A stretch of 64,000 nucleotides of DNA, from the NCBI GenBank assembly GCA_963666285.1, contig OY762711.1, one strand, 5' to 3'. Below the pieces are notes generated by a model that did no database searches, was not told the origin of the DNA, and saw only the letters and a list, made by a program, of their open reading frames with translations. Source of the DNA: Sedimentisphaerales bacterium (lineage in GTDB: Bacteria > Planctomycetota > Phycisphaerae > Sedimentisphaerales > SM23-30). Shown here piece after piece: positions 1-8,195 of the stretch. Positions within the stretch are counted from its first letter, which is position 1; each line of letters starts with the position of its first letter. The position numbers and the translations under genes are program-made.

Positions 1-2
1 AA

Positions 3-218
3 ATATCTTTTAACTGTATTTATGACAAAACACAGGCTTCTTCTCTATATGGAGCAGTTGGGACTAGTGATACATTCACAGTTACTTTCCCAGATAGTGC
101 TACTTTTGTAGCTTCAGGTTATGTAAAGAATGTAGGAACTACTATTCCATTTGAAGACAAGATAGAACAATCAGTGACTATTAAAATAAGTGGGAAACCT
201 ACTTTTTCAGTAAGTTAA
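3..218 (+). CDS. Phage major tail tube protein, C-terminal part (truncated by window start)
   Basis: Open frame +3 ISFNCIYD...TFTVTFPDSATFVASGYVKNVGTTIPFEDKIEQSVTIKISGKPTFSVS*. Beta-rich, ends in a 'TIKISGKP' segment like siphovirus tail tubes, and lies directly upstream of the chaperone and tape measure genes. Confidence 0.75.
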   Translation: MSFNCIYDKTQASSLYGAVGTSDTFTVTFPDSATFVASGYVKNVGTTIPFEDKIEQSVTIKISGKPTFSVS

Positions 219-244
219 CAATTAAATAAAAAGGGAGATTTAGA

Positions 245-583
245 ATGTCACTAAGAGACAAGATTTTGAGTGTAAAAGATTTTGAGTTAGTAGAAGTTGA
301 GGTTCCTGAATGGGAAGTTTCTATTTATCTGAAACCTATTTCAGGAATGAAAAGAGCAAAGCTAGAATCTATGAACAACAACAATAAACCTCTTGAAACT
401 ATTATGATGAGTTTATTAGTTGATTCTATTGTTGATGAGAATGGGAACCAAGTCTTCACTGATGAAGATATAGAGAAATTAGGGAATAAGAATTCCAAAG
501 TTATTTATAGAATCTTCACAGAAGCCTTAACTGTTTCAGGTTTAAGTGATAAAGAAATTGAGGAACTTGAAAAAAACTTATAA
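245..583 (+). CDS. Tail assembly chaperone (lambda gpG-like)
   Basis: 112 aa, 'EVEVPEW...DENGNQVFTDEDIEKL', ends EKNL. Lies between tail tube and tape measure; RBS AAGGGAG. Confidence 0.85.
   Translation: MSLRDKILSVKDFELVEVEVPEWEVSIYLKPISGMKRAKLESMNNNNKPLETIMMSLLVDSIVDENGNQVFTDEDIEKLGNKNSKVIYRIFTEALTVSGLSDKEIEELEKNL
571..577 (+). other. Programmed -1 ribosomal frameshift slippery heptamer A AAA AAC
   Basis: X XXY YYZ heptamer two codons before the gpG stop. The -1 frame (KLINSPFRKFCF) is open and continuous with ORF 610-906. Confidence 0.85.
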
Positions 584-609
584 ACAGTCCATTCAGAAAG
601 TTTTGTTTC

Positions 610-906
610 ATGTTGGCTTCCCATTTGAAAATGACTTTTAAAGAGTTGTTAGAAAGAATGGACAGCAGAGAACTTTCTGAGTGGATGGCTTATTATAACT
701 TGGAACCTTTTGGAGAAGAGAGAGCAGATATAAGACAAGGTATAACTAGTTGTGTTATGGCTAATTCTTTTTCAAATAAAAAACATAAGATTGATGATTT
801 CATCCCTAAGTTTAGACAACAAAGAAAAGAACCTAAAGACTGGGAAACAATGAAGGCAATGTTACAGGGATTCACAGAATTATATAACAAGGGAAAAATA
901 AAATAA
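610..906 (+). CDS. Tail assembly chaperone gpT-like region (C-terminal part of the G-T fusion)
   Basis: 'LASHLKMTFKELLERMDSRELSEWMAYYNLEPFGEERAD' is typical of gpT-type regions. It is in the -1 frame relative to 245-583 and has no clear RBS of its own. Confidence 0.8.
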   Translation: MLASHLKMTFKELLERMDSRELSEWMAYYNLEPFGEERADIRQGITSCVMANSFSNKKHKIDDFIPKFRQQRKEPKDWETMKAMLQGFTELYNKGKIK

Positions 907-2301
907 ATGGCAACAGTTTCAACATTACTAGTTAACCTCAAGGCAGGAACAGCGGCATTTCAAAAAGGAATGAAGAAGGCTAATAATACCCTTGGGAAGT
1001 TTGGAATGTTATCTAAGGGAGTTGGAGGAACAGTAACTAAGTCTTTTGCTGTTATGGGAGCTGCAGCTATAGGAGCAGGAGTAGCTCTTTCTTTCCCTAT
1101 TAAGAATTCCATGGCAGCCATAGACAAGATTTCTAAAATGTCTTCAGAATTAGATATTTCTACTGAAGCCTTGGGAGGTCTTGAACATGCTGCGCAAATA
1201 ACAGGAGCCTCTCTTCCTGATTTGCATAAGGGAATGCAAATAATGATTAGAAGGCTTGGAGAAGCAAAACAGGGATTAGGTGAAGCTAGACATGGACTAA
1301 CTACGCTTGGACTTACTACAGAGCAATTAGACAAGATGAACACTGAAGATAAGTTTAAGGCTATCTCTGAAGGTATCTCAAAGCTTCCAACTGTTACAGA
1401 TAAGGCTCAAGCGGCTTATGCAATGTTTGGAAGACAGGGAATGAATATGTTAAATACTCTTAATCTTGGAGCAGATGGTATAAATGCTTTGCAACAAGAG
1501 GCTGAGGAATTAGGTTTAACATTCAGTAGATTTGAGGGAGGACAAGTAGAAGAAGCTAATGATGCTTTTACTAGGTTGAGAAACTTAATAAAAGGTATAA
1601 CTCAGAGAATAACTATAGCCTTGGCTCCTTACTTACAACTTGTTTCTGATTCTTTGACAAACATGGGTAAGAATGGAGTTATTTCTGTTGATACTATTTC
1701 CCAAAAAATGAAATTCTTAGTTAAGATATTTGATATAGCAGTTAGGGCTATAAATGGGATGAAATCTGCATTTCATGCAGTAGCAGGAATATTTTATAAA
1801 TCTATCTCTTTCATTGCAGAAGGTTTTCATAACCTCCTTGATACTATTGCATGGGCTTTAGAAAAATTGGGAAAAGATGAATGGGCTAATAAACTTAGAA
1901 ATAGTTTTGCTTCTAATTTCTCAGATGGACTAGCAAAAGAGTTTGATGAAATGGCTTCTTCAAGATTTGATAAAGCAGGGAAAAAGTTCTCAGATATGAT
2001 AGGAGAAGGTTCTGTTAAAGGAATAGAAGAACAATTAAAAAAGAATGCTGATAAGGTTAAAAAAGCAGTTGGACCTAAAGATATAAATACAGATTTTGAA
2101 CCAGGTTCAAGAGTTAAATCTAAAAAGGCTTCTGCTTTAACATATTCTTCTGCTCTAATTTCAGTGAAAGCTTTATCAGGTTCTTCAGTTACAGACCCAC
2201 AAACTAAGGAACTAAAAAAGAATTATAGTGAGAACAAGAGAACAGCAGATAATACTGCAAAAATAGCTAATGGTCTTGGGAAAATAGGATTAGCGGTTTA
2301 A
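907..2301 (+). CDS. Tail tape measure protein
   Basis: 464 aa, Ala/Gly/Lys-rich helical. N-terminal 'MATVSTLLVNLKAGTAAFQKGM', internal 'AQAAYAMFGRQG..MLNTL..GADGI'. Follows the chaperones. Confidence 0.88.
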   Translation: MATVSTLLVNLKAGTAAFQKGMKKANNTLGKFGMLSKGVGGTVTKSFAVMGAAAIGAGVALSFPIKNSMAAIDKISKMSSELDISTEALGGLEHAAQITGASLPDLHKGMQIMIRRLGEAKQGLGEARHGLTTLGLTTEQLDKMNTEDKFKAISEGISKLPTVTDKAQAAYAMFGRQGMNMLNTLNLGADGINALQQEAEELGLTFSRFEGGQVEEANDAFTRLRNLIKGITQRITIALAPYLQLVSDSLTNMGKNGVISVDTISQKMKFLVKIFDIAVRAINGMKSAFHAVAGIFYKSISFIAEGFHNLLDTIAWALEKLGKDEWANKLRNSFASNFSDGLAKEFDEMASSRFDKAGKKFSDMIGEGSVKGIEEQLKKNADKVKKAVGPKDINTDFEPGSRVKSKKASALTYSSALISVKALSGSSVTDPQTKELKKNYSENKRTADNTAKIANGLGKIGLAV

Positions 2302-2310
2302 GGAGGGATA

Positions 2311-3126
2311 ATGGCAACAGTTAATTGGAACTTAATAGAAGGTGAGACTGCAACTCTAAATAGAGAAGGATGGACAGCAACAAGAGGGATAATAGTTTCT
2401 GATATAGGTTCTTCCTATGAAGGACAGGAAAAAATATATAGAGGTTTTCAATCTCTTGGAGTAGAAATAGGTGAGCGTCATCCTACTTATCCTTATTCTT
2501 ATCTTCAATCTGTTTCAGGGACAGCTTTATCTAGTGACATAGTTAAATATGATTTAACTTATGAACCTATGAAAAATGTTCCTCCTGAAATAACTGTTTC
2601 AGGTAAATTAGCTTCAGTTCAAACTAATTTAGATGTTTCAGGGGACCCTATAACAGTTAGTTATACTTTTCCTAGTGACTATAAACATGACCCAAACAGG
2701 GCTAATCAAACTGACACAGTAACAAAACAATTAAATAAAAGTATCCCTTCTGCAACTATTACAGTTAAAAGAAGGGAAATAATAACAGGTTCTCAATTAG
2801 CTGAGAGAGCCTTATATTATGAAGGAACTGTTAATAATTCAGGATGGAATATAAGACCTTATGATGATGCTAACACTTGGATGTGTTCAACTATAGACGG
2901 TCAATTAGCAGGCTATATACTAGATGGTTCTTTATATTATGTATATGATACTGTTTATGTATGGGAGTATCAGTCTGAAGGATGGAATCAGAAGATTATA
3001 TATGTGGACCCTAATACTGGGGACCCTGTTCCACCTGATGCAGAAGGGAATTATCCTCCTGAGACTAATAAAGAAGTTATATTATATCCTCAGATAGATT
3101 TTAGCCCTCTAACGATAGATTTATAA
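2311..3126 (+). CDS. Phage structural protein, probable tail-tip/hub component
   Basis: 271 aa, beta-rich (Tyr/Thr/Val), strong RBS AGGAGG, immediately after the tape measure gene. No recognisable family. Confidence 0.5.
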   Translation: MATVNWNLIEGETATLNREGWTATRGIIVSDIGSSYEGQEKIYRGFQSLGVEIGERHPTYPYSYLQSVSGTALSSDIVKYDLTYEPMKNVPPEITVSGKLASVQTNLDVSGDPITVSYTFPSDYKHDPNRANQTDTVTKQLNKSIPSATITVKRREIITGSQLAERALYYEGTVNNSGWNIRPYDDANTWMCSTIDGQLAGYILDGSLYYVYDTVYVWEYQSEGWNQKIIYVDPNTGDPVPPDAEGNYPPETNKEVILYPQIDFSPLTIDL

Positions 3127-3147
3127 TAAGGAAAAAGGGAGAAATAA

Positions 3148-4614
3148 ATGATTAAAAGATTCAGAAGAGGAGGAACAGAAGAAGCCCTTAATAACCTGAA
3201 TAAGATGGTTGATACTTGTAATGATTATAATAATGTATCAACTAATCAGGGTTCTTTGTCACCTTTTAAATCTTCCCCGAAAATATATTATGGGAGAATA
3301 GTTACAGAACTAGGAGATGATGGTTATTTCCTTGGGACTTTTTTTGATGGAATGGGAAATCCTGTTTTAGATGATTCTCCATTCTATGAACAGCCTATCT
3401 ATTGTTGTATAAGTGAACAGCCTAATGTAGAAATAGAAAATGTTTTTGTTGCTATTAGGAACCCATACAATTATGAATGGTATTGTTTGGCTATTTATCC
3501 TGCCGAATATGAATCTTCTATCTCTTCTTCTATTAGTGAGAGTTGGAGTTCAGAGAGTGGCTCAAGTGACACAGAAAGCTCTGAGACTCAATCTAAGAGT
3601 AGTTCAGTTAGTTCTGATAGTTCTATTACCTCTGAGAGTGATAGTAGCACAGAGGAGACTTCATTTAGCTCAGAATCAACTTCAGATAGTTCTTTTGATA
3701 CTTCAGATAGTTCTGATGGGACAAGTGATTCTTCTGTAACTTCATCAGGCTCATCTTATGAAACCTCTGATAGTAGTTCAGGGGGAACTTCAGATAGTTC
3801 ATTTGAAACATCAGGAAGCAGTTCAGAAGGTACTAGTGAAAGCAGTTTTGAGACTTCTGATTCATCATATGAGACTTCAGGCAGTAGCACAGAAGTTAGT
3901 TCAGGCTCTTCAGATGTAACAAGTGGAAGTTCATATGAGACTTCAGGAAGCTCTGATGAAACTAGTGGTTCATCCTACGAAACTTCAGACTCTTCTGATG
4001 CTACAAGTGGGAGCAGCACACAAGATAACTCATCCTCTGAAAACTCTAATACAGAAAACTCTGTAACAGAAGATTCTCACTCATTTAGTTCTATAAGTGA
4101 GGGTAGTTTAACATTTATATCTCTTTCAGGTTCCTCAGAATCTTGGGATGATAGTTCTAGTTCTTCAGATAATAGTTCTTCTTCTGATGATTCTTCGGGA
4201 AGTAGCACAGATAGTTCAGGCTCATCAGATGGTAGTTCAGGAAGCTCAGACTCATCAGGTTCTTCAGAAAGTTCAGGTAGTAGTGATGGTAGTTCAGGTT
4301 CTTCAGGCAGTTCAGATAGTTCAAACTCTTCTAACTCATCAGGCAGTTCTGATAGTTCTGATGATGCTTCTACACCACCTCCTCCACCTCCTTCTTCAGA
4401 TGAACCTCATCATCATCATTTAGGATTGTTTATATTTAGAATATTTACAGAAGAAGAAAAACAAGAAATATATGCAAGATGTAAAGATGCTCTAAAAGAT
4501 GTTAAAAAAGAGGACATGGAAGATAAGCTAATTGAATTAGTTATAAACAATAAACTTACTGCTGATGAAGCCTTAATTGTAGCAATAAAGGAAGGTATAG
4601 CAATTGACTCTTAA
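3148..4614 (+). CDS. Serine-repeat (Ser/Asp/Glu/Thr/Gly) phage protein, putative virion-exposed fibre
   Basis: 488 aa: about 120-aa N-domain, about 290-aa Ser-rich low-complexity tract, a Pro7 run, HHHH and a short helical C-domain. Position of tail fibre genes. Confidence 0.6.
   Translation: MIKRFRRGGTEEALNNLNKMVDTCNDYNNVSTNQGSLSPFKSSPKIYYGRIVTELGDDGYFLGTFFDGMGNPVLDDSPFYEQPIYCCISEQPNVEIENVFVAIRNPYNYEWYCLAIYPAEYESSISSSISESWSSESGSSDTESSETQSKSSSVSSDSSITSESDSSTEETSFSSESTSDSSFDTSDSSDGTSDSSVTSSGSSYETSDSSSGGTSDSSFETSGSSSEGTSESSFETSDSSYETSGSSTEVSSGSSDVTSGSSYETSGSSDETSGSSYETSDSSDATSGSSTQDNSSSENSNTENSVTEDSHSFSSISEGSLTFISLSGSSESWDDSSSSSDNSSSSDDSSGSSTDSSGSSDGSSGSSDSSGSSESSGSSDGSSGSSGSSDSSNSSNSSGSSDSSDDASTPPPPPPSSDEPHHHHLGLFIFRIFTEEEKQEIYARCKDALKDVKKEDMEDKLIELVINNKLTADEALIVAIKEGIAIDS
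3511..4370 (+). repeat. Coding low-complexity repeat: T-S-[DGE]-S-S-x-[ED] heptads followed by [DE]SSGSS hexads
   Basis: Read from the translation (TSDSSFD TSDSSDG ... TSGSSYE TSGSSDE; DSSGSS ESSGSS). Ser codons are mixed (tct/tca/agt/agc). Confidence 0.85.
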
Positions 4615-5308
4615 AAGCTTGCTTAAATTAGCTAGCTATAAGGGAACTGATTTTTTTGATAAAGAATCTATTGGTTTAATAGCTAGAGGACCTTCTTCTA
4701 AGGCTATAGAGGAATGTAATAATAAGTTTAACCATTGTTTCTTGGCGGGAGAGTTTAATAACAACATAGATAAAATAGGAGTGTATCTAAAGAATAAAGA
4801 TATAGTTTTGAGTATTGTTCAGACAGGAAGATATAGAACTCCTCCTGATAAGTGTAAAAGATATAATATTAAAAATGTTCAAATAATTCACCAATATGGA
4901 ACCTCAAATTATTATGAGAGTGTGAAAAGATTTTTAGACATTAAAGTAGTGGGATATACAGAACATCAGGTATTAGAAGCAAAAGAAATATTTAAAGAAG
5001 ATATGGAATGTAAATATGGGATATGGACAACAGGGATAGCTGGTCTTTTCCATGCTTCATATTTTAGACCTAAGAAATTATATGTTATGGGAATAGATTT
5101 CTATAATGAAGATAAGGATAAATATTCAATCCCTGAGGACCATGATATCTTAGATGATACTGTAGAAATATCTGCTGAAAGAATGAGAGATGGAATGTTA
5201 AAGAATTTCTATTCTATATGTGATTTCTATTCAGATGTTGAATATATAGTCTATACAACATTCCCAGGAATTAAGAGTGGGAAAAACATAAAAGTTATAG
5301 AAATATAA
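4604..5308 (+). CDS. Glycosyltransferase, CstII/GT42- or Maf-like (sialyltransferase-type fold)
   Basis: N-terminal 'IGLIARGPSSKAI' and C-terminal 'TTGIAGLFHASYFRPKKLYVMGIDFY' parallel CstII 'IIAGNGPSLK' and 'TSGVYMCAVAIALGYKEIYLSGIDFY'. TTG start overlaps the upstream stop; RBS AAGGAAGG. Confidence 0.68.
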   Translation: MTLKSLLKLASYKGTDFFDKESIGLIARGPSSKAIEECNNKFNHCFLAGEFNNNIDKIGVYLKNKDIVLSIVQTGRYRTPPDKCKRYNIKNVQIIHQYGTSNYYESVKRFLDIKVVGYTEHQVLEAKEIFKEDMECKYGIWTTGIAGLFHASYFRPKKLYVMGIDFYNEDKDKYSIPEDHDILDDTVEISAERMRDGMLKNFYSICDFYSDVEYIVYTTFPGIKSGKNIKVIEI

Positions 5309-5321
5309 AAGAGGATTTTTA

Positions 5322-5411
5322 ATGGAAAAATATAATAGTAAAAATATAGATGTGTTAGCTGATGAAGCTTAGATTATAGTTATTAAGGAAGGTGTATATA
5401 TTGACAAATAA
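5322..5411 (+). pseudogene. Relic copy of the 3' end of the Ser-repeat gene with an in-frame TAG
   Basis: MEKYNSKNIDVLADEA*IIVIKEGVYIDK* versus ...LTADEALIVAIKEGIAIDS*. 5358-5411 aligns without gaps to 4561-4614 (40/54 nt identical). Confidence 0.7.
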
Positions 5412-5739
5412 CAAACCTAATAAATATGGGGAAATCATGGATAATATGAAATTTATTTCTGTTGTAGTTAGCCTAATCTTATCAGTAGGATTTTATATTT
5501 TTATGGCTGGAAAATTAACAGAATCAATTAACCAAAATACTAAGGCAATTCAAGCTAACACTGCTCAGATTACCAAGAATGCAGAAGACAATAGAAATAC
5601 AGATAAGAAACAGGAAGAAGATATAACAAAACTTAAAGAATATAAGGCTTCCTCAGAAGAAAAATTAGATAACATTTGTGAAGATGTTAAAGAAATAAAA
5701 ATAGATATCAAAGAATTATTGAAAAATAAAAATGAGTAA
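5401..5739 (+). CDS. Holin-like membrane protein (one TM helix plus coiled coil)
   Basis: Hydrophobic 'FISVVVSLILSVGFYIFMAG' then a charged heptad-rich tail 'EEKLDNICEDVKEIKIDIKELLK'; overlaps the next gene. Start is either TTG 5401 (RBS AAGGAAGG) or ATG 5437. Confidence 0.5.
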   Translation: MTNNKPNKYGEIMDNMKFISVVVSLILSVGFYIFMAGKLTESINQNTKAIQANTAQITKNAEDNRNTDKKQEEDITKLKEYKASSEEKLDNICEDVKEIKIDIKELLKNKNE

Positions 5740-6541
5740 TGAAATAAAAACACTTCTTAGAAAAGGAATACTTAGGGACCCTGAAGACTCAAGAGATTAT
5801 CAACTATCTTCAATCTCTTCAGGTTCTTCTATACCGCCCTCAGTTGACCATAGCCCTTATATGTCTTCTGTTAAATACCAAGGGAACCTTGGGGCTTGTG
5901 TGGCTTTCTCTGTGGTTGCTCTGAAAGAGTGGCAGGAACAGAAAGAATATGAGGAAGAGAGGAAACAGGGTAGTTCTTATAAAAGGGATAAAACATATAA
6001 TCTTTCTGAGCAATGGTTATATTGGAATTGTAAGAAGATTGACCCTTGGGGAAATAGTGTAGAAGGAACTAATATCAGGTCTGCCATGAAAGTGTTGAAT
6101 AAAATAGGAGTTCCTCCTGAAAAGGCTTGGACTTATACTGACGATAAAATAAATATAGGGGAACCTAAATCATGGGCTAATCTTATTTCTAGGTGGTATA
6201 GAATTGGTTCTTATTGGAGAATCAATAATCTTGATGAGTTAAAACAGGCTTTAGTAGATGGACCTGTTGTAATAGGACTAAAGATTTTTGAGGATATTAT
6301 TGAGCCATTGAAAAATGGGAAGGTCCCTCTCCCTGAAAGAAATAGGAGTCTTGGGGGACATGCTTTATTGGCAGTTGGTTATAATGATGAAACAAGGGAG
6401 ATTAAGGTTAAGAATAGTTGGTCTAAGTTTTGGGGAGAAAGAGGATATGGTTATTTTTCCTATGAATATATAGATAGATATATGTTAGATGCTTGGGCTT
6501 GTAGAGATATAGAGGTAACAAGGGACATGTTAAAAAATTAA
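5732..6541 (+). CDS. Papain-family (C1) cysteine peptidase
   Basis: Catalytic motifs 'VKYQGNLGACVAFS' (Q, C), 'NLSEQWLY', 'GGHALLAVGY' (H) and 'KNSWSKFWGERGYG' (N). Confidence 0.93.
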   Translation: MSNEIKTLLRKGILRDPEDSRDYQLSSISSGSSIPPSVDHSPYMSSVKYQGNLGACVAFSVVALKEWQEQKEYEEERKQGSSYKRDKTYNLSEQWLYWNCKKIDPWGNSVEGTNIRSAMKVLNKIGVPPEKAWTYTDDKINIGEPKSWANLISRWYRIGSYWRINNLDELKQALVDGPVVIGLKIFEDIIEPLKNGKVPLPERNRSLGGHALLAVGYNDETREIKVKNSWSKFWGERGYGYFSYEYIDRYMLDAWACRDIEVTRDMLKN

Positions 6542-6569
6542 ATGTTTACCAATTCATTTATTCTTCTTT

Positions 6570-6609
6570 GGGAGTGTAGCTTTTCTCCATTTGCTCACTC
6601 CCTCTTTTA
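6570..6609 (+). terminator. Putative intrinsic terminator of the late operon
   Basis: GGGAGTG(T)AGC ... GCTCACTCCC followed by TCTTTTA. Confidence 0.55.
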
Positions 6610-6617
6610 TGGACCAT

Positions 6618-6641
6618 AAAAAAGCCCTGAAAAACAGGGCT
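6618..6641 (-). terminator. Intrinsic terminator of the integrase gene
   Basis: AGCCCTG-AAAAA-CAGGGCT preceded by an A-run on + (U-tract on the - strand), just past the integrase stop. Confidence 0.7.
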
Positions 6642-6649
6642 ATAAGGGA

Positions 6650-8041
6650 TTATTTTTTAAGAGTGAAATAATATTCATGTAAATCTCTAACAAGGTCCTT
6701 AGTATCTTCAGGCATTTGATAAATATAAGACTCATCCGCGCCGGGGATTTTTCTTCCCATAATAGCCTTATAAGCTAGTGTGTTAGAATGATATCCTAAT
6801 TGACTTGCTTTAGTAGCAGTCATTTTTCTAAGTTTATCCTGAGTCAACCATTCCATTTCAGCCTTAGTTCTAACCTTGTTGAAATGGTTCCTAAGGTCCT
6901 TGTCTGACCATATATTATTGTGTTTAGTTAAGAATATATATTCAGTGTCATTAGGGTATTTATCCATATATTCTTTAATTGCTTTTATGGTTATATCCCA
7001 TAATTTACAGGCTTGTAGATTCCCATTTTTATTCCTGAAAGATAGATATTCTTTATTGTCAAAGTCTATCATATCTTTAGTTATTTCTGCAAAATCTCCC
7101 CATCTTATACAGCAATTTAGACCTAATAATATAGAACATTTAACAAGTATATCCTCATTAGAACAGTCTAATAAGTTTTTAAGTTCAGAAGAAACTAAAA
7201 CTTTCTTAGATTTGTTAAACTTAGCCTTGTTTTCTTCTTCTTTTTTGACATAGGTTAATTGGTTCATATGTTCTAGTAATGTTATGCAATCTTGTTTAAT
7301 AACTCCTTTAGATTTATCTCTGAGCCTTCTTATAACTCTTTTGACTGGATCGAAATTATTCTTAACATACCTGTATTTATTTTTAATAGTGGCTTTTTTT
7401 GCTCGTTTATGTATTTTAAGGTTATAGGTGGTTATATCTTCAAAGGTGATTTCTCGAATGGAAGACCTGCCTACAATAGATTTAAATTCTTTCCAAGCAG
7501 GCTTAATATTCCTATTCAAATCTTTATCACTTGAGCCTGTATAGTGGCTCTTATATAGGTCCCATACTTCAGACATAGGAAGGCTTTTTTCAAGTGGTTT
7601 TACATCATGTAAATAAGCTAGCTCAGGGATATTTAGTCTTTTAGCAGAGTAGGGGAGGTTAGCCTTTATTACCTTTTCAGCAAGGCTCCAGAACTCATCA
7701 GTTATGTTAAGACTGTCTATAGACACTTGTCCCTGTTCTATCTGTCTTAGAGTTTTTACATAGTCTTCAGGGGAATATAGGGAGCCATCTTCAGGTATAT
7801 CTATTTCAAACTCATGGATTTTAGGAGCCTGAATAATAATATTATGCTCTCTTTTATAGATTTCAAACTTCTGAAGAGCCTTGTTAAAATCAGAGCCACA
7901 AGTTACTTGTTTCTTATTATCAAGGTAATAATAGGCTTTGACTCTTCCATCTTTCCACTTGTTTGTATATAAGCCTTCTACTATTTCACCAGTATGAGGA
8001 TTAGTAGCCCATGAAGCTTTTTTTCCTGATTTTTTAGCCAT
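6650..8041 (-). CDS. int: Tyrosine recombinase / phage integrase
   Basis: Box I 'LLGLNCCIRWGDFAEI', Lys in 'RNKNG', box II-like 'QDKLRKMTAT...AIMGRKIPGADESY'. Adjacent to the att site. Confidence 0.85.
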   Translation of the reverse strand: MAKKSGKKASWATNPHTGEIVEGLYTNKWKDGRVKAYYYLDNKKQVTCGSDFNKALQKFEIYKREHNIIIQAPKIHEFEIDIPEDGSLYSPEDYVKTLRQIEQGQVSIDSLNITDEFWSLAEKVIKANLPYSAKRLNIPELAYLHDVKPLEKSLPMSEVWDLYKSHYTGSSDKDLNRNIKPAWKEFKSIVGRSSIREITFEDITTYNLKIHKRAKKATIKNKYRYVKNNFDPVKRVIRRLRDKSKGVIKQDCITLLEHMNQLTYVKKEEENKAKFNKSKKVLVSSELKNLLDCSNEDILVKCSILLGLNCCIRWGDFAEITKDMIDFDNKEYLSFRNKNGNLQACKLWDITIKAIKEYMDKYPNDTEYIFLTKHNNIWSDKDLRNHFNKVRTKAEMEWLTQDKLRKMTATKASQLGYHSNTLAYKAIMGRKIPGADESYIYQMPEDTKDLVRDLHEYYFTLKK

Positions 8042-8135
8042 AATATACCATCCTTTTATATGTATAATAGAAACCTACAGGCTATAAGCCTGACTATGTA
8101 AAAGAATACCATTTTTTAGGCTAAAAACAAAGGGT

Positions 8136-8159
8136 AATTCTGTAAAGAACTCTGTAAAA
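8136..8159. repeat. Tandem 12-bp direct repeat, candidate integrase arm-type binding sites
   Basis: AATTCTGTAAAG AACTCTGTAAAA, about 40 bp phage-side of the att core. Confidence 0.45.
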
Positions 8160-8195
8160 TGAAATTAAGATGATATAAGTAATTAAAAATTAGTA

